Source: Octopus sinensis (lineage: Eukaryota). From it: a DNA stretch of 64,000 nucleotides. Both the position numbers and the translations under genes were made by a program. Within the stretch, counting starts at the first letter, position 1, and each line of letters begins with the position of its first letter. Location: NCBI RefSeq assembly GCF_006345805.1, contig NC_043003.1, positions 79,174,001 through 79,238,000 of the forward strand, written 5' to 3'. Of this stretch, positions 1 through 12,659 are shown piece after piece. A model generated the notes under the pieces. It ran no database searches. It saw nothing but the letters and a program-made list of their open reading frames with translations, and was not told where the DNA came from.

Positions 1-376
1 TATATATATATATATATTATATGCACATTAAATATGCGTGAGTATTTAGAGGAACATACAGAGTGAGTACTGTTTCTCTCAAAGCTTAAATCAACAGTAA
101 GACCCTCTTGACCGCTTTTGCAAAACTACTAAAGAGAAAAATATCCTGGGAGAAGCCTGATAGACGGTTATTGACAGCGAAAGTTCAAGTTCAGCAGGAA
201 AACCCTCAGCGTGCATGACCCAAAGAACTATGATTACTGAGATTATGTACCAGTCCAGCTTGTAGTTGAACGTACAATACTTTTAGGTAAAACTACTGGT
301 AACACGTAATCAAGAAACGCTTGCGACCAAAATGTGCAAGCTCATAGCCTGTTTCAATATGATGTACCACTTATAC

Positions 377-611
377 CGGTAGTTCTCAATCAGGGTTCAC
401 ATGACCTTTGGGTGTCCACGTAAGCTTTTGTTGCTAAAACTTATGTGCAATAAACTGGTTATATTTCTAAAATAAATTGTTTTTTTATACAAGTATTAAT
501 AATATTTAATTCTAAAAATAGGATTTTTTTAGATATCGAATGGCAATGAGGGTCCAATCAATCAAAGAGGAACCAAAGGAATCCAAAAGTAAAAATTATT
601 GAGAACCGATG
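377..611. mobile_element. hAT-like MITE, degenerate
   Basis: Ends resemble CAGTGGTTCTCAA...TTGAGAACCACTG (here cggtagttctcaat...attgagaaccgatg). Confidence 0.4.
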
Positions 612-1416
612 ACTTATATAGAGGTTGATCGAATGCATTCATATAGGATCTGGGTGAAAAGAAAGGAGCCTGGAGCTGTGCCGAACTCCTCATCTACAAA
701 GCTGTCCTTAAAGAGAAACAGCTTCGCCGAAACCTGTATAGCTAGACTATAAAGAAGGCGTTTGAGTATTCCTTGCTCAGAATAGTAAAGTCACTGTCTT
801 GCTGAGGTTCCGACTGCTATAATCCAAGAGATTAAGAGGCAAACAATATTGTCAACAGAGCTGTCAATAAGAACTAAAGTTACTGCTATAGTCACAAACA
901 GAACTAAGCTACCAACAGGAATATTTCGAGCTAATAGCTTATCTGTAATACGCTAAGTTCTAGTAACGAACTCCTTATCAACTCTGTTAAGGAAATATAA
1001 AGGTTACTTGTTAAGATCTGCGGATGAAAATCAAATTAATATCAACTCTACCTTTTTTGTTTAAGATAAACTGTACGCGAATCATATTTACAATACCAAG
1101 AGCAAGTTAGATTACAACTTTCTTGGGAGATATAGGAATGAGATTCGATCAGGAGAGTATGAAACGATTTGGTACAGCAGTTTGTCCCTGACAATTTAAT
1201 ATCAAACGTTTTGTACTCAGAATCTTTTGGTAATGGAAAATTTTGTTCCTGTTCTAGTTAACTAATTTATTACAACTACTAAACTACTCAGCTACTAAAC
1301 ATCGTTTAACTTACTGCTTTCTGACGTTTACGTCGATTGGTTTCAATTAATAAATTGTAATCTCTCTCTTTTTTCTTTTTCTCTCTCTCTTCCTCTTTCT
1401 CTCTCTCTCTCTCTTT

Positions 1417-1776
1417 GTGGTAAGTACCAACTACAAGGTTCCAGATTCAGTCCCACTGCGTGGCACCTTCGGCAAGTGTCTTCTACTATAGCCGCGGGCC
1501 GACCAAAGAATTGTGAATGGATTTGGTAGACGGAAACTGAAAGAAGCCCGTCGTATATGTGTATATATGTGTGTGTGTTTGTGTGTCTGTGTTTGTCCCC
1601 CAACATCGCTTGACAACCGATGCTGGTGTGTTTACGTCCCCGTAACCTAGCGGTTCGGAAAAAGAGACCGATATAATTAGTACTAGGCTTACAAAGAATA
1701 AGTCCTGGGGTTGATTTGCTCGACTAAAGGCGGTGCTCCAGCATGGCCGTAGTCAAATGACTGAAACGAGTAAGAG

Positions 1777-1777
<1 letters not shown>
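1417..1777 (+). mobile_element. tRNA-headed SINE family A (slightly 5'-truncated)
   Basis: B-box-like GATTCAGTCCC, shared body (ttggtagacggaaactgaaagaagcc...gaataagtcctggggt) and tail cagtcaaatgactgaaac; >15 copies in the window. Confidence 0.85.
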
Positions 1778-1830
<53 letters not shown>

Positions 1831-1888
1831 CATGCTTTTATGTGTATATTTCTTTGCGCGAGTGTGTGTGTGCGTGCGTGCGTCTGTG

Positions 1889-1943
<55 letters not shown>

Positions 1944-2159
1944 CTCCCGCGGCAAAAAGTACTGTCGCCCGAACATTCAATGTCCAGTCAGCCGTGGCAA
2001 ATCGCCAGAGTCCTAACAGTGGTCTCCGATCGTTTCATTCCGTGATCAGTGTAAATGTTCATATCTTATAATCAAACGAGATAAGACATTCGACAAGATA
2101 AAAAAAAAAAATATGGATTCCAATGATCTTGTTTGTTTCTCCTCGCTCCGGTGATGAAC

Positions 2160-2395
2160 GTCAAAAAATATCTTGGAATCGACGTGAATATTGCATACGA
2201 CAATAATATTCCTAAAACGACAAAGGAATACATCAACAGACTTCTGAAGGTATGGAAGTCAGAATTGTCTGCATTCATTAAAATCATATCCCAAGACACT
2301 TTCGCGGTGGCGGTGCCAGTACCAACATTAGCGATGCAAGACTGGATATTCGAAGAAATTCGCAACTTGAACATCAAGGTTAGGGAAGATACTAA
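2160..2395 (+). mobile_element. R4/Dong-like non-LTR retrotransposon, RT C-terminal relic
   Basis: KYLGIDVNIAYD...KEYINRLLKVWKSELSAFIKIISQDTFAVAVPVPTLAMQDWIFEEIRNLNIKVR resembles the post-RT KYLG...WKSELS..NK......AVP.......DW..EEI..LD.KTR region of RLE LINEs. Confidence 0.65.
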
Positions 2396-3693
2396 CAATT
2401 TTGGCACAAAGTCAGCAATTTTAATGGATTGGGGTAAGTCAATTACATCAACCCCAGTGATAGACTTGTTACAACCTGATTGGTGCGATTTGCTGAAATG
2501 TTGCTCACATGATCAGCGAATCTGTCCAATCGCGATTTCGCCTGGGAAGAATATAGCTTACGTGATCAACAGGATCTGGCTAATCACGACCTCATGTGGA
2601 ATAGGGTTCCAAAGACTAATTTTCACATACGACACCTTCTTTCCTGGGCCTCTCAATAAGTGAAAAATGGCATACACACGCGACCAGAGAGCTTTGAAAG
2701 GGTACAGAGAGGAAGTCTTGGGTCGCAGCAAAGACGGCTGACAGTCAACATGACGAATAGACACGGGCAGCGACTGAGTCGAGCTAATATCATCATGAAG
2801 ATCTCCCGACACCAACACAGAGCTAACTTTCAACTTACGAACTATTCCCAACACAGTGATCAGCAGTAACTTTTCTATACTATTTCAATTAAAATAACAT
2901 TTAAACTCTCTCAACATTTATCGTAACACTATTTCAATTACACCCAATTGCTATAAGACCCAACTCTCGCACAAGAAATAAAGTTGTTCGTGAAAACCAA
3001 CAGATTTCGTCATTTTCTTCTATGTACAACTGCTGACTCCTACGCTAGAAATAACAGTCAGCTCCTGATATCGGTTTCGCCTTTAGGTATAAGGCCAGCA
3101 ATTTCGGGGGAAGGGGTATGCCGATTACACCGACCCCACTGCTTTACTGGTACTTATTTTATCGACCTTGAAAGGGATGAGAGGCAAAGTCGACCTCGGT
3201 AGAATAGTTAGCTCTTAGTATCAGCAGTCAGATTAGCAACAGCTCCTAGCGGTTAGCTTATCAGCTTCAACTACAAGTGATACTCAGCATCTCTCTCCAG
3301 CCACAACTTTTCATCCTTTTCATGTGGTCAGTTGAAGGATCTGACCCAGCTGTTCTTCAATTTTTTATAGAGTTGGTACAAGTATTGCGTCTATTCAAAG
3401 GTCATCTGAAATCCCTCTCCATAGTTCTGTGACTGGCGATAGCTGACCCCTATCTCCTATCCAAACAGGGTGTGTGTGTGTACTTGGTGAATTTCAGTAA
3501 ATTTTTCCCGCTTAATTACTGCTCTGATCTTCCTTTAAAAAAAATGCCTCTTCGCATTTATCCGAAGATAGCCAATTTTATTTGCCAGATTTGTATCAAT
3601 GGCAAAAGTTCTAGGAGATAGTATTCATTGCAGAAAGTTGAATAATCATCGTTATGTATGTATGCATGGATGGATGGATGGATGGATGGATGG

Positions 3694-3884
3694 ATAATCA
3701 TATCTGTCGGGCATGTGGAAGAAAGTGTAATTCGGCAGGACTTAAACGACATGCAAAGGTACATGAAGCCCAGTTACAACTACAGCCGGCTATTACCGGT
3801 AAAGGTTTTAGTTGCCAATTTTGTACAAGACATTGTAGATCTTTGGCTGGGCTAAAAAGTCACATTCGATCACAGCGCCAGTAA
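3694..3884 (+). mobile_element. RTE LINE C-terminal double C2H2 zinc-finger relic
   Basis: ICRACGRKCNSAGLKRHAKVH...FSCQFCTRHCRSLAGLKSHIRS; adjacent to other RTE debris. Confidence 0.6.
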
Positions 3885-4169
3885 CAGTTAAGCTTCATGC
3901 AATGGCCATACTCGATAACGAGGGGGCAGCCATAATAATGGATGGATGGATGGATGGATGGATGGATGGGTGTTCAGACTGTGAGTTGGATGCAGATGAT
4001 GCAGTGATTGACACAGTTCACCAAAGACTGTCATCAGCTCACTGGAGTCAGTATCTTCAATAGACGGAGTAGTAACGGCAATAAGTAAATTGAATGCGTA
4101 AAAACAGAATTTATGCTGAGGTCTAGTGGTTTGACGGTAGTCGTATCGTACAGAATCTTCACGAGAGCT

Positions 4170-5640
4170 TATTTGTGTGGTGTAGAGGGATGGTACTGCT
4201 TTCCAAGGACTTGAAACATGCAATTATCCTTCCTCTCTATAAAGGAAAAGGAGTCAGACTAAAATGCGGCAACTATAGAGGTATTGCTCTTCTTTCAACA
4301 GCTGGCAAGGTTCTGTTAAGTATTTTTCTTACCGGCCCGAATAAATACCTTGAAAATGGTGTCCTATCCGAATCTCAATTAGGCTTCAGTTCTGAATGCC
4401 GAACATTGTACAGATGCATGAAAAGTGCTAAGAGCGGATAACGATCTTGTTCAGGTTTCCATGGATTTTATTGTGGAAAATACTCGTCAAACTTGGTTGT
4501 CCGGGTTATTTTGTTTAGATAATTAAATCATATCAGGATGAGATGGTAGCATGGATCAATATTTCCCGAAGAGAAAGACGTTAAGCAATGTGCCATTTTT
4601 ACTCCAGCTCTCTTTCCTTTGCATTTTCTTGTTACTCTCACTTCTACTCGTCTCTTGAACACGTCGGGTTTGCTGTCAATACCTAAGTTTTTCAATCTCT
4701 TACTCGTGACCTCTTTTATGCGGATGATTGCAACTTAGTCGCTCATACTGTTGAAAATGTACAAATTTTCAGAACCATAACTCTGCATATTGCCAGGCAT
4801 TTTTACTCAGCATTAGCCTGAACAAGACTATATTAATATTCCAGCCTACGCTAAGAAACATATGTGATATTCCCTATTTTAGTTAAAGGAACAGTACTGA
4901 AAGTAGTCGACAAGTTTGTCTATTTGGACAGCACACTCATCCGTTCTTGCTCCTTAAATGAGGAAACGTCTTTAAAAGGCTTCAGAAGGCATCATATTCC
5001 TTCAGGATCTTGTCTTGTGTCTAGTCCCAATATTGCATTACAAAGCGAACAAATGTTTTCGGATACCATGCGTGTATGGCGACGTTGCTCTCTTACTGAT
5101 GTGAGACATGTACTCTTTACAGGTATCATGTAGGATCCTTGAAAGCTTCCATCAAAGACATCGAGATACACTCTGAATGTCGGTTGATTTCTGTAGGCTC
5201 CAGATAGAGCTCTTGGAAGGAGCCGACGTCATGAGCACTAAGGTGATCATGCACAAGTATGTTTCATTTGGACTAGACATATTGTTCGGGTGACTTATCG
5301 CTGGATCCTGAAATAGATGTTACATGGCAAACTTGTTTATGGAAAGCGCCCCCAACAGAAACCAAGACTTTGATTTAAGGACTGTGTAAAGTCTTCGTTG
5401 AAAGAACGTGAAATATGAGAGGTCAATTGGAAAAAAAATGGCGGAAACAGATAAAGGAAGGAGATGGATATTTTTTAAGAAACACGCATTCTGAACGCAT
5501 TCTGAACTTCAGCTGGTTGCTCGAAACGCACTGCCCGCTCAATGAATGAAGGAAGCTTGGTATTGCAATATCTGCTGATGCTGTATGTTTATCAAGGGCT
5601 GGGCTCGTTTATCATCAGCGACGCTGCAGATATAAAGAGG
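4170..5640 (+). mobile_element. Decayed RTE LINE RT fragment
   Basis: AIILPLYKGKG...CGNYRGIALLSTAGKVL...LSESQLGF, LKVVDKFVYLDS, and a terminal CNIC..CLSRAGL remnant; many stops and frameshifts. Confidence 0.75.
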
Positions 5641-5789
5641 TCAGTGATTAATTTGAAAGATTCACACAGGTACAATGAAACAAGAAAGAAGAGAGACGAG
5701 AAAGGGGAAAAAAAAAGAGGGTTCACAAAGCAGCGGAAGACGGAGTGGGGACGATGGATCACATATCCCAGAACAAATGGGGATGTTCA

Positions 5790-6530
5790 GCAGTGCACCG
5801 CAGTAATGACCGCGATGGCGTTGTCCTACAGAATGGTCAGTAACACTCGCTGCAGCAACTACATCACCTCGCGCAGCTCATTTCTCCGACAGTCTCCCGC
5901 TATACTTATTCTGCGGAGAAAATCAGTAGTGTCCCAGAAGGAAGAAATCGGTAGTATTTCAGAGCACTTAACATTTTGGTGATGACCGGCACAAACTGTT
6001 TAGGGTCCTGTGTATATTTTGTTTCATTATTAACCACAAGGGGCTAAACATAGAGGGGACAAACAAGGACAAACAAACGGATTAAGTCGATTATACCGAC
6101 CCCAGTGCGTAACTGGTACTTAATTTATCGACCCCGAAAGGATGAAAAGCAAAGTCGACCTCGGCGGAATTTGAACTCAGAACGTAACGGCAGTCGAAAT
6201 ACGGCTACGCTTTTCGCCCGGCGTGCTAACGTTTCTGCCAGCCCGCCGCCTTCGAGCTATGTATATTGATTTTTCCCTCCTGCACGTTACTGGCGGCAAC
6301 AGCAGGGTTTGCAGCAGATGCTGCGAAGTTGGAGCCGGAGAAGGCACATCGCGTCCCAGACCAGAGATCTGCTTCCCTCGAATGGGAAGAGGGTTATCCC
6401 GTTGGAGTGCTTACCGACGACGCAGTTTAGACCTGCTTACTCAAGATGAGACGGAAAGCCAGCCGTGTCAAAGCGCGTTCTGAGTATGTCAACCTGTGGT
6501 ACGAGTGGGCAACCATCATCATGGATGTGT
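5790..6530 (-). mobile_element. CRE-like RLE non-LTR retrotransposon 3' relic, split by a SINE
   Basis: Minus strand AGFPSHLE*AGL...GKHSNGITLFPFEGSRSLVWDAMC / SNFAASAANPAVAASNV, resuming past the SINE as LREVM*LLQRVLLTIL*DNAIAVI; matches the RPDG.T..P...GR.L.WD.TC...RE..WL.QR.S.A..RGNA pattern. Confidence 0.65.
6021..6250 (-). mobile_element. tRNA-headed SINE family B
   Basis: Reverse complement ggcggcgggctggcagaaacgttagcac...GAGTTCAAATTCC (B-box)...gactttgcttttcatcctttcggggtcgataaattaagtaccag. Confidence 0.8.
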
Positions 6531-6695
6531 AGACGAACGAACGAATGCGTGTGTATATGTGTTTTTTTTACAATACATTCCCGTATGTATCGTGAATTAT
6601 AAAAATAATTAACAGGAGATAAGCTCACGATGAAAATTATAGATATACGAGGGGGTACTGAAAAGTAACTGGCTTGGGGTAATAGAAAATACAAG

Positions 6696-7094
6696 AGGCG
6701 CAGGAGTGGCTGTGTGGTAAGTTCCGGGTTCAGTCCCACTGCGTGGCATCTTGGGCAAGTGTCTTCTACTATAGCCCCGGGCCAACCAATGCCTTGTGAG
6801 TGGATTTGGTAGACGGAAACTGAAAGAAGCCTGTCGTATATATGTATATATATATATATATATTATATAATATATATATATTATATATATGTATGTATGT
6901 AATGTTTGTTTGTGTCTGTGTTTGTCTCCCTAGCATTGCTTGACAACCGATGCTGGTGTGTTTACGTCCAGCAAGGGCAAAAGAGACCGATAGAATAAGT
7001 ACTGGGCTTACAAAGAATAAGTCCCGGGGTCGATTTGCTCGACTGAAAGGCGGTGCTCCAGCATGGCCGCAGTCAAATGACTGAAACAAGTAAA
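6696..7094 (+). mobile_element. SINE family A with target-site duplication
   Basis: Head AGGCGCAGGAGTGGCTGTGTGG and B-box GGTTCAGTCCC; AGAAAATACAAGAGG is repeated at 6684-6698 and 7095-7109. Confidence 0.9.
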
Positions 7095-7587
7095 AGAAAA
7101 TACAAGAGGATCGGTTAACTTATTCCCCTCCCATATTCACACACTTATCGCAGCGGTCCTTCAGTTTTTTGTAAGCCCTGTAAAAAGAACTTGGAAGGCT
7201 GGAACCTCCAGCCAGGCATTTGACGCCAGGAACATTTCAGTACACCTCCCTCCCTCGTATGTGTATGTATACAACAACATGCTATGAGAGGAGGTAAATA
7301 AAGTATATGTAAATAATCTATATGACACACAAATGAAGTTCGCTTGTTCAATTAAACTGTTTGAAAAACAATTTTCAGTCCGGTCTACTGTGACCAATCA
7401 AAAACTGTTACTCATTGAAACATTTTTAATTGTTTTCCTCTCCCACTTTCTTTCTCCCTTTCTCTATCTCTCTCTTACACATAAACACACACACACGCAC
7501 GCACACGCACATATACACACACTCAGCCTATCTTAACTGTTTTCTGTCAAGTTTTCTCTCTTCCCCACATTTAGTATTTTTATCCTC

Positions 7588-7785
7588 ATGGATAAGCAGC
7601 GGGTTTTAGCTTCGCTGCGAACGTTGATATTAATTTTTTATTTTCTGTGTATTTCACGAACGTTTCATTATGTTCAAGCCCACGGACGCTTATGGGAACC
7701 CGTTGCTCGCTCTAGTATGTGGCGGAAACACTACGGGACCCCTACAAATTACCAGGACAACGAACTTTACTGTGGCGGAGTGACC
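7588..7785 (+). CDS. AA15-type lytic polysaccharide monooxygenase (chitin-binding type-4/LPMO domain), coding exon 1
   Basis: MDKQRVLASLRTLILIFYFLCISRTFHYVQA|HGRLWEPVARSSMWRKHYGTPTNYQDNELYCGGVT: hydrophobic signal peptide ending VQA, then His at 7681-7683 and HGRLxxPxxRSSMWR...NYxDNELxCGG, typical of AA15. Donor GTGAGT at 7786, phase 0. Confidence 0.93.
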
Positions 7786-8007
7786 GTGAGTATTTATTTA
7801 TTTATAAATAACATTCAAGACAGCTGTAATTCATCCATTTCTGTGTGTGTATGTGTGTGTGCGTGCAAGTGTGTGTGTATTAAACTACAAGTGTATATCT
7901 CTCGTTGTTTGTTTGTTTGTTTATCTCTACCCTTCTCTCTCTTTATCTCCCTCGCTCACCTTCTCTCTCTTTCTGTGATGTATGCATGTATGTATATCTA
8001 CATGTAT

Positions 8008-8421
8008 ATATGTATTACTCTTTTACTCTTTTACTTGTTTCAGTCATTTGATTGCGGCCATGCTGGAGCACCGCCTTTAGTCGAGTAAATCGACCCCGGG
8101 ACTTATTCTTTGTAAGCCCAGTACTTATTCTATCGGTCTCTTTTTGCCGAACCGCTAAGTGACGGGGACGTAAACACACCAGCATCGGTTGTCAAGCAAT
8201 GCTAGGGGAGACAAACACACACACACACATACATACATATATACATATATGTACATATATACGACAGGCTTCTTTCAGTTTCCGTCTACCAAATCCACTC
8301 ACAAGGCATTGGTCGGCCCGGGGCTATAGCAGAAGACACTTGCCCAAGATGCCACGCAGTGGGACTGAACCCGGAACCATGTGGTTGGTTAGCAAGCTAC
8401 TTACCACACGGCCACTCCTGC
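8008..8421 (-). mobile_element. SINE family A, full length
   Basis: Reverse complement of the family A consensus seen elsewhere in the window. Confidence 0.9.
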
Positions 8422-8550
8422 AGTACATTTAAATACAAAAGAGAGGACAGTTAAATTTCGAACCACTACTAGGGATAAAATTTCGAATAGAATGAAAAAT
8501 AAAAACATTTACCATCTATTATTAATTATTGATAAATTGTACGTATGTAT

Positions 8551-8728
8551 AGGCGCAGGAGTGGCTGTGTGGTAAGTAGCTTGCTTACCAACCACATGGT
8601 TCATTTCCACTGCGTGACATCTTGGGCAAGTGTCTTCTACTAAAGCCTCGGGCCAACCAAAGCCTTGTGAGTGGATTTGGTAGATGGAAACTGAAAGAAG
8701 CCCGCCGTATATATATGTGTGTGTGTGT

Positions 8729-8769
<41 letters not shown>

Positions 8770-8978
8770 TTGTGTGTCTGTGTTTGTCCCCCTAGCATTG
8801 CTTGACAACCGATGCTGGTGTATTTACGTCCCCGTCACTTAATGGTTCGGCAAATGAGACCGATAGAATAAGTATTGGGCTTACAAAGAATAAGTCCCGG
8901 GGTCGATTTGTCCGACTAAAGGCGGTGCTCCGGCATGGTCGCAATCAAATGACTGAAACAAGTTAAAGAGTAAAAGAG
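8551..8978 (+). mobile_element. SINE family A, full length
   Basis: AGGCGCAGGAGTGGCTGTGTGG head through gtaaaagag tail. Confidence 0.9.
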
Positions 8979-9160
8979 TATGTATGTATGTATGTATGTG
9001 TGTATGTATGTATGTATGTATGTATGTATATATGTATGTATGTATTTATGTATGTATGTATGTATGTATGTATGTATGTATGTATGTATGTATTTATGTA
9101 TGTATGTATGTATGTATGTATGTGTGTGTGTGTATGTATGTATGTATGTATGGATGTATG
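8979..9160. repeat. (TATG)n microsatellite
   Basis: Direct reading. Confidence 0.95.
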
Positions 9161-9444
9161 TGTTTTACTTCTTAATCGTTAGACTGCGCAATACTTGGGC
9201 ACCGCTTTGAAGAATTTTTTGTCGAACGAATCGACCCCAGTACATCTTGTTTAAGCCTGGTACTTATCTGTCAGTCTCTTTTGCCGAACCTCTGTGTTAC
9301 GAGGACGTAAACACACCAACACCGGTTTCGGTTGTTGGTGGGTGTCAAACGCAGACATAATGTTAGCACACGAAGCAAAGACGGTGCTCCAGCATGGCCC
9401 CCTGCAGTCAAATGACTGAAACAAGTAAAAGAATAGTCTTTTTT

Positions 9445-9785
9445 TTCTTTTTTTTTACTTGTTTCAGTCATTTGACTGCGGCCATGCTGGAGCACCACCT
9501 TTAGTTGAGCAAATTGACCCCAGGATTTATTCTTTGTAAGCCTAGTACTTATTCTATCGGTCTCGTTTGCCGAAACCGCTAAGTTACGGGGACGTAAATA
9601 CATCAACATCGGTTATCAAGCGATGATGGTGGGGACAAACATAGACATACAAACACACACACACACACACACTCACAGACACACATACGACTGGCTTCTT
9701 TCAGTTTCCGTCTGTTAAATCCACTCACAAGGCTTTGGTCGGCCAGAGGCTATAGCAGGAGACACTTGCCCAAGGTGGCACACAG
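9445..9785 (-). mobile_element. SINE family A (head truncated)
   Basis: Family A body in reverse. Confidence 0.85.
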
Positions 9786-9934
9786 CAAGCCAGCCATCAT
9801 TTTTAAGCTGAACTTTTACTTAACATATTTTTACAGGAACAAGAAAAAAAAAGAGAAAAAAGTTAAAAGTAGAAAAGATAAAAATATCGAGAGAAAAAAA
9901 TAGAATCCCTTCAAGAATCTTCAACAAAGAAACA

Positions 9935-10134
9935 AAAGGAAAGAAAGAAAGAAAGAAAAAAGAAAGAGAGAAAGAAAGAAAGAGAAGGAGAGAGAAAGAA
10001 AGAAAGAAGGAGAGAGAGAAAGAAAGAAAGAAAGAGGAGAGAGAAAGAAAGAAAGGAGAGAGAGAAAGAAAGAAAGAGAAGGAGAGAGAAAGAAAGAAAG
10101 AAAGAAGAGAAAGAAAGAAAGAGAGAAGGAGAGA

Positions 10135-10167
<33 letters not shown>

Positions 10168-10212
10168 AGGAGAGAGAGAGAGAAAGAAAGAAGGAAAGAA
10201 AGAAAGGAAACA
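9935..10212. repeat. Pure-purine (GAAA)n/(GA)n tract
   Basis: About 275 bp of almost only A and G on the + strand. Confidence 0.95.
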
Positions 10213-10509
10213 AAGTTCGGTGGGGGAGTAGTCTGGGATGTGTGAGAAGTTCGTAATACTTCAGATGTAGACAGATACACTAGGATAAGGTCTAAATGAA
10301 GGCAGACCCACGTAAGTGTGCTCGCCCGTCAGGACTTCGTTTCCTTATAACTTTCAGATAAATTGGTATTTCGTAATGAAATTTTCTACAAATACCTTTC
10401 AGATAGTGTAGATTACGTAGATTACAATTATATCATAATTTGTATTGAAACAAAATGTTATGAGCAGGATGAGAGTGGAGTTTCAGATAATTCACACAAA
10501 TCAACTTTG

Positions 10510-10895
10510 TATTACTCTTTACTCTCTTTTACTCTTTTACTTGTTTCAGTCATTTGACTGCGGCCATGCTGGAGCACCGCATTCTAGTCGAGTAAATCGA
10601 CCCCAGGACTTATTCTTTGTAAGCCTAGTACCTATTCTATCAGTCTCTTTTGCTGAATCGCTAAGTTACGGGACGTAAACACACCACCATCGGTTGTCAA
10701 GCAATGGTTGGGGTACAAACACAGACACACAAACATATATACATGCATACATATATATATACATATATACGACGGGCTTCTTCCAGTTTCCATCTACCAA
10801 ATCCACTCACAAGGCTTTGGTCGGCCCGAGGCTATAGTAGAAGACGCTTGCCCAAGGTACCACGCAGTGAGAATGAACCCGGAACCATGTGGTTG
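10510..10895 (-). mobile_element. SINE family A
   Basis: Family A body in reverse. Confidence 0.85.
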
Positions 10896-11354
10896 AAAGC
10901 AGGTGTTTTTTTTTATAATGAAATTTTATACAGATACTTTTCAAATGGTGTACATTATGCAGGGGGATGAACTGAGAGTATTAAGGGCCCTTGGGCATAA
11001 CTGTTTACCGGGCCCCTTTGAATGTGTGTTTTAGTAGAATTAACATGTAGAGTATGGGCCCTCAGGCAATGCCCAATTGATGATGACTCAATCTGCCCTT
11101 GACATTATGATTATATCAGAATTCATTGTGAAAAGGAGGAAAAAAATGCCATCTTAGCATTCAGAACACACATCTATTAGTTTGAGTTATCCTGTCGAAA
11201 ACTCCTCATATCCTCTCTCTCTATGTATATGTGTTTGTGTGTGTGATGCATGTCAGTATATGCATGTGTGTGGCCAGTCCAATGATGGATTAGCTGGCCA
11301 AAACTTCAAAGCCATTGTCAATACTATTCTTGTTGAAGAATAAAAAGATTCATA

Positions 11355-12586
11355 CAAAGTGGTATCAAAATGTTCCCAGACTAGTTTTGGAGTGCACCAA
11401 CAGATGGCACAGTGAGAGCTAGCAGCGACTGGCAGAAACGTTAGTGTGCCGGGCGAAATGCTTAGCGGTATTTCGTGTGTCGTTACGTTCTGTGGGCAGT
11501 AAAGAAATATATATGTTTCATGACATTGCTGTGTTTATTTCCCAAGTTGTGAAATTTGTGTTTTTATGATCACATGTGTAGTGTGATGGAAGAAAAGGAC
11601 AACAGAAAAAGCAAACGGGAGAAAGAAATACAAAGACCTTACTTGTTGACCTCGGCGGGATGAGTGATCAATGTCAAGAAATAAACACGTCCTCGCACGC
11701 TGCCGTCTCTGCTCGAATTGACCACATGTGCTTCCTGCCCACACATGCCCCGTGGCTGTCCCACAGGCCCCTACAGTCTTCACTTCCATCTACCTCATCT
11801 GCAATCCTCTCCACCAACGCCACATAGCTCATCACAGCCCATAACACCACAACATGTATGCTGTAATCAGGAAGTTGGAACAATAGCTAATGTGAAATTT
11901 TGTGTTAAACTTGGGAAGTCTGCTATAGAAACATTGAGCATGCTTCGGCAAGCTTACAGCGATGAGGCAATTGGTTGCAAACAATGGTTTGAGTGACATG
12001 GGCACTTCAAAAGCAGAAGAACATTCCTGAAAGACAATAGGTGATCTGAAATACCTGCCACGATCATCATGTGCTATTGTGCATCGAGAATTAATGCCCA
12101 GGGCCAGACCATCAGTCAGGAGTTCTAATGTAACGTTTTGAAGTGTTTGAGGGAACACATTTGGTAAAAGCAACCAGATCTGTGGAGCGCGAACAATTAC
12201 ATTCTTCACAAAAACAATCCACTCTGTTACCAAGTTCTCTTCACTCTTCAATTTCATTTCTTGCCATAAACAATGTGGTATCATGTCCACACATCCCCTG
12301 TTTACCAGATTTAGCACCTGTGAACTTCCATCTCTTCCCACAAGATAAAGATGCAGCTCAAAAGTTGCTGTTTTAACTCTTCTGCTGAGACCCAGACTGA
12401 ATTGCAAAAGGTCCCTGATTTGCTAATGGAAAACAATTTCCAGACCAGATTCGAAATTGGTAGAAACACTGGGACCCATGTATGGCTGCGCAAGGCGACT
12501 ATTTTGAAGGAGATGATGTTTAAAATTAGGTAGATAAGTTATTTTCTATTACACAACTAGCTCAGGAACTTTTTGATACCACCTCA
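11355..12586 (+). mobile_element. Decayed mariner element
   Basis: Imperfect TIRs caaagtggtatcaaaatgttcccagactag / ctagctcaggaactttttgataccacctca flanked by TA. Remnants ANVKFCVKLGKSAIETLSMLRQAYSDEA and PDLAPVNFHLFP. Confidence 0.8.
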
Positions 12587-12659
12587 TACTCTACCAAAAA
12601 TATTGAGTAATCCTTCGGTTTATTATAACATAAAAACAAACTTATATATATATATATAT

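Noticed and set aside
2133-2663. 176-aa ORF as a host gene
   Set aside because: A composite of a LINE RT relic, a SINE scrap and unassigned sequence.
5542-5982. 146-aa ORF
   Set aside because: Spans the end of an RTE relic and the antisense strand of the CRE-like relic; no coherent domain.
7786-8088. Remainder of the 166-aa ORF 7588-8088
   Set aside because: It reads through a strong GTGAGT donor into microsatellite and SINE sequence; LPMO similarity stops at 7785.
8551-8625. tRNA-like A/B boxes (also in other SINE heads)
   Set aside because: No complete cloverleaf; these are SINE promoters, not tRNA genes.
9911-10280. F/L/S-rich membrane-like ORFs
   Set aside because: Reverse translation of the GAAA tract.
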